Below are positions 9,787-19,273 of a stretch of DNA of 64,000 nt, one piece after another (the first letter of the stretch is position 1; each line of letters begins with the position of its first letter). A program made the position numbers and the translations under genes. Under the pieces are notes generated by a model. It did no database searches. It was not told the DNA's origin and was given only the letters and a program-made list of their open reading frames with translations. The DNA comes from an uncultured Gammaproteobacteria bacterium (GTDB taxonomy: Bacteria; Patescibacteriota; Microgenomatia; Levybacterales; UBA12049): assembly GCA_964512695.1 (NCBI GenBank), contig CAZEJU010000006.1, positions 2,591 to 66,590 on the forward strand. The letters are read 5' to 3'.

Positions 9787-10254
9787 CTACTCACTTAAAA
9801 CACTTAATGCCTTAAGAGCATAGTATTTAACACTTTCTCGAATATCACTTAACTGTTCTATTTCCATTTTAGTAAACCATTTACACTCATTACTTTGTTC
9901 TTTTTCTATTAACTGCTCAATCTTATCAGAATTGGCTTTGGCAAAATAAGTAAAGGTTACGTGTTCATGTATATCGTTAATTCTATGTCGGTTAACGAAA
10001 TAAGGTGGAATTAATTCATCATATCCTTCATAGTTTTTCTTATAAGTCTGCAGAGAATTGTCCAAAGTAACATCCAGTCCGACTTCTTCTTTTACTTCAC
10101 GAACTGCAGCTTGGTTTGGGTCCTCATCAAGTTCTATATGACCTCCAACACTCAGCCAGATTTTATATTTATCATGTTTTCTTAGGAGAACAGTATTTTT
10201 ATAAACAATGAATACTTCAACAGTGAAATCGACTTTTTCGTGGACATGCGGCAT
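9787..10254 (-). CDS. NUDIX hydrolase
   Basis: Nudix box GGHIELDEDPNQAAVREVKEEVGLDV. Confidence 0.75.
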   Translation of the reverse strand: MPHVHEKVDFTVEVFIVYKNTVLLRKHDKYKIWLSVGGHIELDEDPNQAAVREVKEEVGLDVTLDNSLQTYKKNYEGYDELIPPYFVNRHRINDIHEHVTFTYFAKANSDKIEQLIEKEQSNECKWFTKMEIEQLSDIRESVKYYALKALSVLSE

Positions 10255-10293
10255 AAATAAGCTATACCAAGTTATATATTAAATTAAAATATT

Positions 10294-10369
10294 TGGGGTG
10301 GCTGACGGGGATCGAACCCGCGACATTCAGGTCCACAACCTGACGCTCTACCACTGAGCTACAACCACC
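10294..10369 (-). tRNA. tRNA-His (anticodon GTG), with encoded G-1 and 3' CCA
   Basis: The reverse complement folds as a cloverleaf: GGTGGTTG/CAGCCAC acceptor with an extra 5' G pairing C73, anticodon loop TTGTGGA, T-loop GGTTCGATCC and terminal CCA. Confidence 0.85.
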
Positions 10370-10439
10370 AAATTTAGCTAATGGCTTTTGGCAAATAGCT
10401 AATAGTAAAAGTATATCACAGGACGAGGCTAGGGAGCAA

Positions 10440-10655
10440 TTATTTTTTCATAAACAGATTGACAATTATTGTGAGAATAATGCTTATTATTATTGAAGTT
10501 ACCCACGGAAAATAGAACGTAAAATTACCTTTTTTAATGAAAATATCACCCGGTAGTTTGGGTAATCCTGTTATCGACGATACGCTCAATACAACTACCC
10601 CACTGGCAATTAATAGTATACCTAGAAGAATGAGCAATTTAGCCATTTCATTCAT
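10440..10655 (-). CDS. DUF2905 family small membrane protein
   Basis: 71 aa with two TM segments flanking PGDIFIKKGNFTFYFP, the typical DUF2905 architecture. Confidence 0.55.
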   Translation of the reverse strand: MNEMAKLLILLGILLIASGVVVLSVSSITGLPKLPGDIFIKKGNFTFYFPWVTSIIISIILTIIVNLFMKK

Positions 10656-11322
10656 AAATGATTTCTCCTTCTAATACTTTTTTATCTCTTTTCGCAAAAA
10701 TCAATCCCATGATTAATCCAGTAAAAAAACCTCCTACATGTGCCCAGAAAGCTACTCCTCCTTCAGAACTTGCTAGTGATAATGATGTCGCTCCCGAAAA
10801 TATTTGAAGAATTAACCAGTATCCTAACATCAACGATGCATTAATGTTTGTCATCGAAATAAATCCGAAAAATATAACAAATGTTCTGATTTTGTGATTG
10901 GGAAAATAATAAAAGTAAGCACCCAATGCACCTGCTACAGCTCCTGATGCTCCGAGCATGGGTATATCTGAATTCGGCATGAAAAAATATTGCGCGAAGC
11001 CACCCGCAATACCTGAAAAGAGATAGAGAAAAAGATATGGCAGGTGACCTATCTGTCCTTCAACATTATCTCCAAAAATCCATAAAAACCACATATTCGA
11101 TATGATATGCAGCCAGTTTCCGTGAAGGAATATAGATGATATGAAAGGGAAAAGGGTAGATAGGTTTGAAAAGTCGATAGTCGATGGGACTAATGCGTAT
11201 TGTAAGGTAAAAGATTCAAAATCTATTAGTTGAAGATAAAAAACATAACTTGTGAGTGCAATTAACCCAAAGTTAATAAAAGGAAATTTTTTAGACGGCA
11301 CAGAATCACTAATAGGAAACAT
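10648..11322 (-). CDS. Rhomboid family intramembrane serine protease
   Basis: Polytopic membrane protein with a catalytic GASGAVAG (GxSG) and a downstream AHVGGFFTGL histidine motif. Confidence 0.8.
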   Translation of the reverse strand: MFPISDSVPSKKFPFINFGLIALTSYVFYLQLIDFESFTLQYALVPSTIDFSNLSTLFPFISSIFLHGNWLHIISNMWFLWIFGDNVEGQIGHLPYLFLYLFSGIAGGFAQYFFMPNSDIPMLGASGAVAGALGAYFYYFPNHKIRTFVIFFGFISMTNINASLMLGYWLILQIFSGATSLSLASSEGGVAFWAHVGGFFTGLIMGLIFAKRDKKVLEGEIIYE

Positions 11323-11450
11323 ACTAGTACACTAGATTCATGATTTAAGATTCATGATTCAAGTATGTAAGAGTATTGTAGCAGAACAGTTATACTTATT
11401 TAAATGTACAATGTTGACTGATAGAAATACTTGTGTTACGGTAGAGGAAG

Positions 11451-12605
11451 ATGGAAAATCAAGAGAAAAGTACTAATCGACTATCAATCCTTCTCAGGAA
11501 TAATAAAATAAAATTATTAGCTTTATTTTGTTTATTTCTCCTTTGCTTACTTATACTTATTCCATCTACTTTCAAAACCTCTCAAACAAAAAAAACGTCA
11601 GTCATTCCTACGACTAAACCTACTAGCGAGATTGAAACAATGCTTAAAGTTGAGCAAAGAACGAATAGTATGCTTGATTATATTAATACTCAGCGCCAGC
11701 CGAATGGATATTATCAATATCTTGCTCACTACGATGAGATTTGTAGAGAAGTAAACGGTAAAAAAGAATGCCCTTTCGCGGGAGGTAGAGTTTTTCCTTC
11801 AAGTAATGCATGGACAGCACTTGCTAATTTTTCCGGCTCTATAATTAATGATAATAAGACGTATCTGAATAAAGCCAAGGAAGATATTGAAAAGTTAGCA
11901 ATATATTGCAAAGACAAAATTGAGGATTGTCGCTTAGCACTTGTGCAACCTTTTTTAATTTATGATCAAACAAAACTCCATCTATATAAAGAATTTATTC
12001 TTACCCATGCAGAGACACTCTTAAGAGAATCGGATGTGCCTCTTGCTATGATCCAAGCAATAGAGAGTAGAGAACTTCTTTTTATCTATATTCTTACAGG
12101 AGAAGACCGGTATAGAGATGCTTCAATAAAACGATTAGAAAAAGCCAAAAACATTCTTGAAAACGGTACTTCATTATATGTAACCAAAGATGGATATATT
12201 TTTAAAAATAGCGCATGCTGGGTAACGCTTGCCCAAGCTTCATTTGGCCGCCTTCAAAAAGATCATCCTGAAGTTAAAGAAGCGGAAGCATTTTTAGAAA
12301 GTAATAATGTTTATGGAAATGCTGCTGGTCTTAGTCAAGCAATAGAACAACAACCATGTATAGATGCCTACTTCGAGTTAGCATTGGTTACAGGAAATGA
12401 AACACATGCACATACAGGAAAATATTTTCTCAATAATTTTATTTCTTCTTTCTGGGACAGTCCTGAGGCAAATAAAGTATGGGGTGAAGGAGGAACTGCA
12501 TCAGTATCAACGGTGTCCCAATCAGATATATTAAGAAAACATGTAAATATTACAGATTCAGCATATACTGTATATTTATTATATAGAGCGAAAACTAATC
12601 AATAA
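11451..12605 (+). CDS. Hypothetical membrane-anchored or secreted protein (N-terminal TM, helical repeat-rich body)
   Basis: A hydrophobic segment LLALFCLFLLCLLILIP follows a charged N-terminus. No recognisable catalytic motif. Confidence 0.45.
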   Translation: MENQEKSTNRLSILLRNNKIKLLALFCLFLLCLLILIPSTFKTSQTKKTSVIPTTKPTSEIETMLKVEQRTNSMLDYINTQRQPNGYYQYLAHYDEICREVNGKKECPFAGGRVFPSSNAWTALANFSGSIINDNKTYLNKAKEDIEKLAIYCKDKIEDCRLALVQPFLIYDQTKLHLYKEFILTHAETLLRESDVPLAMIQAIESRELLFIYILTGEDRYRDASIKRLEKAKNILENGTSLYVTKDGYIFKNSACWVTLAQASFGRLQKDHPEVKEAEAFLESNNVYGNAAGLSQAIEQQPCIDAYFELALVTGNETHAHTGKYFLNNFISSFWDSPEANKVWGEGGTASVSTVSQSDILRKHVNITDSAYTVYLLYRAKTNQ

Positions 12606-12607
12606 AA

Positions 12608-13534
12608 ATGAGTACTTTACGTAAAAAATTTCAGTTCTTTATTCTCATTGGATCACTGTTTTTTGTAATCGCAGGCCAATCACCTGTATCTGCATGGAAT
12701 GATGGCCCTGCTCCTTGCGGTGAATTATGCTGTGGTCCAAGCGGGGAGACTCGACAACCTGTTACCCCACAACCAGGTGAAACGTGTTGCGAAACGAGTG
12801 GAGATACTCTATGTCATTATGCATGCAGTAATCAATACTATAAATCTACGATTTGTGTAAAAACTTGTGTATATCCTACTTTACCTCCAGCACCTCCTTA
12901 TAATCCACCCCCTGAACCAGCTGCGTGTCCTTCATTTGCTCAAGGCCAAGATTGTGCTGGAATGAATGTAGCCGGTACAACTGATAGAGGGGATACCATA
13001 ACTGTTACAGCATTTTCTAAAGCACCTGTTTCCACAGAAAGTAATAGATTTAAAAGAACTACGACTTTTCAAGTTCAAAAAGACAATGTGAGAATGACAA
13101 GCTCAAATCCTATTGAAGTTGTACGTGTAAATGCATCAGAACTACCAACTGGATATACAGCTGATAATGCTGAATATTATAAGGCCTCTTGGTCATACAA
13201 AATTCCCGATATTGTTACAAGCGGTAGCAGATTTCGTATAAGCGTAAGTAATAGTTGTTCTGCGCTTTATGCACAATCGCCTAGCCAAACAACAGTTTCA
13301 TTAGAAAGTACAGTGAAAAACTATATTGTAGAAAAACAATTGAATTTTTCTAAACTATTAAGTCCGATTCTTGAAAGTAAGCTGTTTAATATTAAAGCAC
13401 ATGCACAATCCTCACAGAGTATGGGAGAAAACGCTTTACAGCTGATGCCGTTTTACCCTACTCCTACTACAACTCCAGCACTCAATCCTGCTATTGTTAC
13501 AGAGTGTGGTGCGGTATCCTTCATAGTGAACTAG
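12608..13534 (+). CDS. Secreted Cys- and Pro-rich protein of unknown function
   Basis: Signal-like N-terminus, then CGELCCGPSGE...CCETSGDTLCHYAC...CVKTCVYPTLPPAPPYNPPPEPAACP. Separated from the previous gene by 2 nt. Confidence 0.45.
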   Translation: MSTLRKKFQFFILIGSLFFVIAGQSPVSAWNDGPAPCGELCCGPSGETRQPVTPQPGETCCETSGDTLCHYACSNQYYKSTICVKTCVYPTLPPAPPYNPPPEPAACPSFAQGQDCAGMNVAGTTDRGDTITVTAFSKAPVSTESNRFKRTTTFQVQKDNVRMTSSNPIEVVRVNASELPTGYTADNAEYYKASWSYKIPDIVTSGSRFRISVSNSCSALYAQSPSQTTVSLESTVKNYIVEKQLNFSKLLSPILESKLFNIKAHAQSSQSMGENALQLMPFYPTPTTTPALNPAIVTECGAVSFIVN

Positions 13535-13615
13535 GGAAGCTGATTTAAGCACCTATACGTATTGTAAGAAATTTGTAGAGAAACAGTAAAAAGTGTTTAT
13601 TACCAAAAAAATTTA

Positions 13616-15277
13616 TTGCATTTAGTAAACAGGTATGTTACATATTTGAATAGCATGCATAAGCAAGTAGGATTCCTTCCTTGGCCACAATCAGTCATTT
13701 ATCAAATATATCCCCGGAGTTTTAAAGATACGAATAATGATGGTGTGGGTGACTTAAAAGGAGTTATAGAAAAGCTTGATTATTTCGTAGAACTAGGAAT
13801 AGATTCTTTATGGATATCTCCTTTTTATCCTTCCCCTATGAAAGATTTTGGATATGATATTTCGGATTACTGTAGTATTGATCCTATATTCGGAACACTT
13901 GATGATTTTGATGTATTACTTCAAGAGGCTCACAACCGTGAGATGAAAATAATGATTGATTATGTACCGAATCATACATCTGACCAACATCCCTGGTTTA
14001 AAGAGTCACGCTCCTCTAGGGATAACCCTAAACGAGATTGGTATATATGGAAAGATCCTAAGCCCGATGGTTCAGTACCAAATAACTGGTTAAGTATTTT
14101 TGGCGGTTCAGTATGGGAATTTGATAAAACGACAGGGCAATATTATCTTCATACTTTCTTAAAAGATCAACCAGATCTTAATTGGAGAAATCCAGATGTT
14201 ATAAAAGCTATGATGGATGTTATACGTTTTTGGATGAAAAGAGGAGTTGATGGATTACGGGTCGATGCGTTTATCATGCTATATAAAGATCTACAGTTTT
14301 TAGACGAACCTTATAAGCCAAAAGACCAATGGGATGAAAAACGAATGTATTATAACTTAGAACATATTTATACAGTAAACCATCCGGAGTTATCTCCTTT
14401 ACTTGATGTTTTCTGTGATGTTCTCGATGAATTTGGAGGGAAGTTTATGATAACTGAGACTTCTGGTCGTTTATTGACAATGGATCAGTTGATCACACTA
14501 TATAAAAAAAACAGAGAACATGCTCATGCGCCATTTAACTTTTACTTTATAAATTTACCTTGGGATGCAAAAACTTATAAAGAGTTTATAGATACGTATG
14601 ATGTTAAAGTAGGTAATGCTTCTATTCCTACCTACGTACTTGGTAATCATGATAAACCACGAGTCGCTAGCAGAATTGGCAAGGATGCTGCGAAAACAGC
14701 AGCAATGTTGCTTTTAACATTAAGAGGAATACCGACAATCTACTACGGTGAAGAGATAGGCATGGAAGATGCTGATATAAAACCTGAAGAAGCCAAAGAC
14801 CCGCATAGAACAGTCGTTCAGGGAGTTCTTGTGAGTAGAGACCCTGAAAGAACTCCTATGCAATGGAATGACAGGGGATTTGCAGGATTTTCAGAAAAAG
14901 CACCTTGGTTACCAATCAATGAAAATTTTAAAGAAGTAAATGTGGAAAATGAAAGAAAAGATTCACATTCAATGTTATCCCTTCACAAAGCTCTTCTCAC
15001 ATTACGGAAAAAACATGTACCTTTTACAAAAGGAAGTTATCAATCTTTACCAGAGAGTACAAATAAGGTTTTTGCATACTACCGAAAAACAGAAGATGAA
15101 ACTTTTCTTATTGTTTTAAATTTTACAGATTCACAATCGACAATAACATTACCTTCGTTAAAAGTTGAACCTTTGTTATCGACATATATGGATCAATCAT
15201 CAGGGGTTATAACCATCTTAAGTGAACTAACGCTCAGACCTCACGAAGGAATACTCTATAAACTAGCATCGAGTTAA
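13616..15277 (+). CDS. GH13 alpha-glucosidase (oligo-1,6-glucosidase / trehalose-6-P hydrolase type)
   Basis: Canonical GH13_31-like N-terminus: VIYQIYPRSFKDTNNDGVGDLKGVIEKLDYFVELGIDSLWISPFY, then DYVPNHTSDQHPWF and GVDGLRVDA. The first Met may be 13616 or the downstream MHKQ. Confidence 0.85.
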   Translation: MHLVNRYVTYLNSMHKQVGFLPWPQSVIYQIYPRSFKDTNNDGVGDLKGVIEKLDYFVELGIDSLWISPFYPSPMKDFGYDISDYCSIDPIFGTLDDFDVLLQEAHNREMKIMIDYVPNHTSDQHPWFKESRSSRDNPKRDWYIWKDPKPDGSVPNNWLSIFGGSVWEFDKTTGQYYLHTFLKDQPDLNWRNPDVIKAMMDVIRFWMKRGVDGLRVDAFIMLYKDLQFLDEPYKPKDQWDEKRMYYNLEHIYTVNHPELSPLLDVFCDVLDEFGGKFMITETSGRLLTMDQLITLYKKNREHAHAPFNFYFINLPWDAKTYKEFIDTYDVKVGNASIPTYVLGNHDKPRVASRIGKDAAKTAAMLLLTLRGIPTIYYGEEIGMEDADIKPEEAKDPHRTVVQGVLVSRDPERTPMQWNDRGFAGFSEKAPWLPINENFKEVNVENERKDSHSMLSLHKALLTLRKKHVPFTKGSYQSLPESTNKVFAYYRKTEDETFLIVLNFTDSQSTITLPSLKVEPLLSTYMDQSSGVITILSELTLRPHEGILYKLASS

Positions 15278-15424
15278 TACTTTTAGAATATTTATTTCAC
15301 TGGAAGAAGTGAACTAACTTCTCATGTTCTTACTTACTACTTATCGATATTTGTAACAGTTATCACACTTTATATGTAATCTAGTGATGAGGTATTTGAT
15401 TTTCTAGTAAAGGAGGTGAGTAGT

Positions 15425-15571
15425 ATGCCAAAGAAAAAAGGTCTTGGAGAAATGTTTGATGATACTCTTGAAACAATCGGTTTAAGTGATGATACTTCAT
15501 CGAAATCTAAAGATCGAAAAGGAGGTAAGACTAGTAAAGGTAAAAAAATAAAGAAATCTTCCAAAAAATAA
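15425..15571 (+). CDS. Small basic Lys-rich protein (48 aa), not in ORF track
   Basis: Strong RBS AAGGAGGTGAG lies 4 nt before the ATG. It encodes MPKKKGLGEMFDDTLETIGLSDDTSSKSKDRKGGKTSKGKKIKKSSKK and is followed by an intrinsic terminator. The antisense 89-aa track ORF 15370..15639 is therefore judged spurious. Confidence 0.5.
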   Translation: MPKKKGLGEMFDDTLETIGLSDDTSSKSKDRKGGKTSKGKKIKKSSKK

Positions 15572-15590
15572 AATATATTAGTTTCTATAA

Positions 15591-15618
15591 AAGGCTGTTT
15601 TATATCAGCCTTTTTTTT
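15591..15618 (+). terminator. Rho-independent terminator
   Basis: AAGGCTG ... CAGCCTT stem followed by T8. Confidence 0.6.
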
Positions 15619-15637
15619 GCTATAGTCTCTTCGGTAC

Positions 15638-16228
15638 ATGAAGAATAAAAGATTGGATACTATTTTAGATATTACTGTTAAATTATCCCAAATAAAAAGA
15701 AATGTACGGTATAGTCAGATATATTTTGAAAATGATGCGGAGCATTGTTATCAGTTAGCGCTAGCAGCATGGAGCGTAAATCATGAATATAACTTAGATC
15801 TTCATGACGAAAAACTTTTAAAGCTTGCTTTAGTACATGATATCATCGAAATATTCACTGGGGATTATGACGGGCACAGAAGTGAAGAGCTACAAAAGTT
15901 AAAACTAGAAAGAGATAAAGCAGCTCTTAAAGAATTTAAACGTGAATATAAACAGCTTAGTGTGTTAATTAAAGAAATAGAAGAGTATGAAAAAAAAGAA
16001 AGTTCAGAGAGCAAACTCATAAATATCCTCGATAAAGCTATTCCTATTCGTCATGTTCATAAAATAAACGATACATATTATAAAAAGAGAAAAATAACTT
16101 TAGAAAAATATGTTTCTTGGTTTTATAGTAAAGTCGCTTATGAACATTTACCTACAAAACTAAAAAATGTAGCAGATGATTTAATAGATGAAGTAATAAA
16201 AATTTATACCTCTTTGTTTTATACTTAA
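15638..16228 (+). CDS. HD domain phosphohydrolase (YfbR-like)
   Basis: HD motif LALVHDIIEIFTGDYD with an upstream His (AEHCYQLAL). Confidence 0.65.
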   Translation: MKNKRLDTILDITVKLSQIKRNVRYSQIYFENDAEHCYQLALAAWSVNHEYNLDLHDEKLLKLALVHDIIEIFTGDYDGHRSEELQKLKLERDKAALKEFKREYKQLSVLIKEIEEYEKKESSESKLINILDKAIPIRHVHKINDTYYKKRKITLEKYVSWFYSKVAYEHLPTKLKNVADDLIDEVIKIYTSLFYT

Positions 16229-16240
16229 TTTCCTGGACTA

Positions 16241-16567
16241 TTAAATATATCTTACTTGTTTATATGCTAATGCCGGTATGACTGCGATTAGCGCTACTAA
16301 AGCCGCCAAAAGAAAAGCTTGTGTTATTCCTATCTGATCAGAAACGAAACCGAGAATAAATAGTAAGAGGAGAAGCAAGCTCGTGGCGTAGCCATCATTA
16401 AAAATATGAAGTGTATTAAGCGTATTTAAAGCGTGTTTTATCTCAGAATCATAGTAGAATTGGTTGTCTTGAATAATTTCCCGTATTAACAGATCTGCTC
16501 TATTACACAATAAAAGCGTATAATATAAAATATAAGTTATGGTTTTATTAGCAATATCTATAATCAT
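16241..16567 (-). CDS. Hypothetical small membrane protein
   Basis: 108-aa ORF with two hydrophobic helices. Only weak support. Confidence 0.3.
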   Translation of the reverse strand: MIIDIANKTITYILYYTLLLCNRADLLIREIIQDNQFYYDSEIKHALNTLNTLHIFNDGYATSLLLLLLFILGFVSDQIGITQAFLLAALVALIAVIPALAYKQVRYI

Positions 16568-17690
16568 AGGATTAATTGCAACTACTTTGTTTATTTTGTC
16601 CTTTTTTCAATCGAACGAGTCAGTTTTCGTTTTTGGCTATGTAATTCCGCTGTGGTTTCAAGCACTAATAATCGCAACAGCCTTATTTATTTCATTTCTC
16701 CTTTTACGAATGAAATTCATTTTACTTTTGCTAGGAGGCATTTGGATTTATGGATGGTATTGGATTGTTACGAACACACTTGGCTATATCGGTATTGATT
16801 TTTCCTGGTACATAGATGCATTGTTAAGTATTTTTTTTATTATATTGAATACCTTAACAATTGGTTCTCATAAGACAGCTACATCGCAGCCTTCTCAAAT
16901 TATAAATAAGATTGCACCCGGTAACTCACTTGAGGATGATGTAGCAAAGGAAGTAGAAATAGAAGAACGTATTAAGGAGCGAACTAAAAATATTCTTGAA
17001 CATGTTCGAGATACAGATTTGCTTTATTTGGATGAAACATGGCTTGAAAATAAGTATTTACAACTTTTTGATGGTTTTGATATTATTTCGAAAACTACAG
17101 TTGAAAGTGATGTTAAAGCAAAAGTATCACTATTGGAAACGAACTCAAAAACAACTCGCGAATACGCACGTATTGAGACTGGTCTTATCGTAAAATATGA
17201 ACAAGTGTTAACGAAATTAGTAGCTACAAATAAAGTTCATGTTGGTATCGAGCTTCCTCTGGTAGTTCCTACTAATCCACAAAAAATCACAACTATGCTT
17301 CAAGACTTACATGAGTTTCTCAGTTTTGAAAAACCCAAAAGCCAGAAAAAAAGAAAAGCTTTGCTAGAAGTTGGCGTAGCGTTGAGGAGATTATATAATG
17401 TTAAACAGAGTCAATATATTATAATTGCTGATAGCTTCACAATTACTGAAGGTGATGAAAACTACACTTTGACGTATACTCATCCAGTCGCAAGGTATGA
17501 GGATATACCTATTGTAATAATGGGGGATTTGCCAAAATCATTAATCTTAGTAAATCATAAATCTTTATTCGCCCGAAGAGTTGGTAGTAGATTAAAACTT
17601 ACAGTACTAGGATTAGTTGTCGATAATACAGTGATGAAATCAAAAGAACAACCAGAGATTATTCTATCCATTAAGGCTGTTCAAATATAA
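16539..17690 (+). CDS. Hypothetical polytopic membrane protein with a cytoplasmic C-terminal domain
   Basis: Four N-terminal TM helices, then a roughly 250-aa soluble domain. No known motif. Confidence 0.45.
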   Translation: MVLLAISIIIGLIATTLFILSFFQSNESVFVFGYVIPLWFQALIIATALFISFLLLRMKFILLLLGGIWIYGWYWIVTNTLGYIGIDFSWYIDALLSIFFIILNTLTIGSHKTATSQPSQIINKIAPGNSLEDDVAKEVEIEERIKERTKNILEHVRDTDLLYLDETWLENKYLQLFDGFDIISKTTVESDVKAKVSLLETNSKTTREYARIETGLIVKYEQVLTKLVATNKVHVGIELPLVVPTNPQKITTMLQDLHEFLSFEKPKSQKKRKALLEVGVALRRLYNVKQSQYIIIADSFTITEGDENYTLTYTHPVARYEDIPIVIMGDLPKSLILVNHKSLFARRVGSRLKLTVLGLVVDNTVMKSKEQPEIILSIKAVQI

Positions 17691-17720
17691 TTTTAATACC
17701 ATTTATAAATCTTAGATCTT

Positions 17721-17750
17721 CAATGATGTAAGTGATGTAAATCACTTGCT
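17721..17750 (+). terminator. Hairpin terminator candidate
   Basis: AAGTGAT gtaa ATCACTT perfect 7-bp stem, followed by a T-rich tract GCTTTCTTTAT. Confidence 0.4.
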
Positions 17751-17788
17751 TTCTTTATAGTTATTCCAATACTATGGATATAGTAGAT

Positions 17789-17814
17789 AACTGACAGCAG
17801 TCTGCTGTACTGTT
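17789..17814. promoter_or_regulatory. Imperfect 26-bp palindrome about 17 bp upstream of the Nramp-related transporter start (candidate operator)
   Basis: AACTGACAGCAG t CTGCTGTACTGTT: the inner arms ACAGCAG/CTGCTGT pair perfectly and the outer arms AAC/GTT match. Confidence 0.3.
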
Positions 17815-17830
17815 TGCCATTAAGCTAGCT

Positions 17831-19237
17831 ATGAATTTTAAACCGTTTGAAAAAAAAGATTTCCCGAAACCACTCTCTCTCAAGGCACTCATCGGACCTA
17901 GTTTTATTATCCTCGGATTAGGGTTAGGAAGCGGAGAATTTATTCTCTGGCCATACTTAACTTCTAATTTCGGTATGGGGATTATATGGGGAGCTCTACT
18001 TGGTATAACATTTCAATTCTTTATGAATATGGAGATCGAACGCTATGCTCTTGTTCGCGGTGAGAGTGTTTTCATGGGATTAGCACGGAAAGTTCGGTTG
18101 ATTACGTTTTGGTTTTTACTTTCTACGTTTATTCCGTGGATCTGGCCAGGAATTGTTGCGTCATCAGGGACGTTAATAGGGCATGTTTTCGGAATTGAGA
18201 ATGTTTCACTTATTTCAGTTATGCTTCTTATTTGTATTGGTTTAATCCTCTCTTTAGGTCCTGTACTCTATAAAACAGTTGAAACCTTGGAAAAAGGACT
18301 TATTCTTCTTGGCGTTCCTACTATTTTTATATTAAGTATTTTCCTAGCGAAAATGAATCATTGGGTTGATATTTCAAAAGGAATTGTCGGTATTGGTAAT
18401 GGATATACATTTTTACCGGAAGGAATTTCTATAGCCTCATTTCTCGCAGCGTTTGCTTATGCCGGTGCGGGAGGAAATCTTAATTTAGCACAATCATTTT
18501 ATATCCGGGAAAAAGGTTATGGTATGGGTAAATATGCTGGAAAGATTACGTCACTACTTACCGGCAAAATTGAAAACGTTTCTCTTACGGGTACTACGTT
18601 CGATATGTCAAAAGAAAATCTACAGGCTTTTAAACAATGGTGGAAGAATATTAATATCGAACACTTCTTAATCTTCTGGCTCACAGGTTCGATTACCATT
18701 ATACTTCTTAGTCTTCTCGCCTATAGTACAGTGTATGGTCTTGAAGGAAACAAACAAGGAATAACATTTCTGATTACTGAGTCAAAAATTATCGGACACA
18801 TGCTATTTCCCGTCGCTGGAACTTTTTTCTTACTCGTTGGAGCTTTAACATTATTCGGAACGCAACTTACTGTATTTGACGCGACAAGCAGAATTATGGC
18901 TGAGAATACGGTGATAGCTTTATACCCCCAATTAAAGGAAAATCATTTAAGAAGATCCTATTATTGTATCCTTTGGCTACAGATTATCGCAGGAATTATT
19001 ATTTTTATGAATGGTTTCACTCAGCCACTTGAATTATTAACGCTTGCGGCAGTAATGAATGCCTTCGCGATGTTTGTTCATGTAGGGCTCACTCTCTGGC
19101 TTAATATGACCAGCCTAGAGAAAGAATTACGACCAAGTATCTTTAGAATTACAGCAATGGGATTAGGCTTTCTCTTTTATGGAGGATTTTCCCTTTATAC
19201 CATATATACAGAGGTAGTCAAATTCATGGGAAAATAG
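17831..19237 (+). CDS. Nramp-related (LeuT-fold) membrane transporter with non-canonical metal-site residues
   Basis: 468 aa with about 11 TM helices. TM1 region LIGPSFIILGLGLGSGEF aligns with the Nramp GPxFxxxxxYxDPGN motif, with DPGN replaced by GSGE. TM6 region AGAGGNLNLAQSFYI aligns with the Nramp MPHNLYLHS motif, with MPH replaced by GGN. Confidence 0.4.
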   Translation: MNFKPFEKKDFPKPLSLKALIGPSFIILGLGLGSGEFILWPYLTSNFGMGIIWGALLGITFQFFMNMEIERYALVRGESVFMGLARKVRLITFWFLLSTFIPWIWPGIVASSGTLIGHVFGIENVSLISVMLLICIGLILSLGPVLYKTVETLEKGLILLGVPTIFILSIFLAKMNHWVDISKGIVGIGNGYTFLPEGISIASFLAAFAYAGAGGNLNLAQSFYIREKGYGMGKYAGKITSLLTGKIENVSLTGTTFDMSKENLQAFKQWWKNINIEHFLIFWLTGSITIILLSLLAYSTVYGLEGNKQGITFLITESKIIGHMLFPVAGTFFLLVGALTLFGTQLTVFDATSRIMAENTVIALYPQLKENHLRRSYYCILWLQIIAGIIIFMNGFTQPLELLTLAAVMNAFAMFVHVGLTLWLNMTSLEKELRPSIFRITAMGLGFLFYGGFSLYTIYTEVVKFMGK

Positions 19238-19273
19238 GAGGTGTAATATCTGGAAATAGTTGAACACAGTAAA

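Noticed and set aside
11729-11917. Minus-strand ORF 11729..11917
   Set aside because: It overlaps the stronger ORF 11451..12605 in antisense orientation and has no RBS.
15370-15639. 89-aa minus-strand ORF
   Set aside because: It is antisense to a plus-strand small gene that has a perfect RBS and its own terminator. The minus ORF would run through the terminator hairpin.
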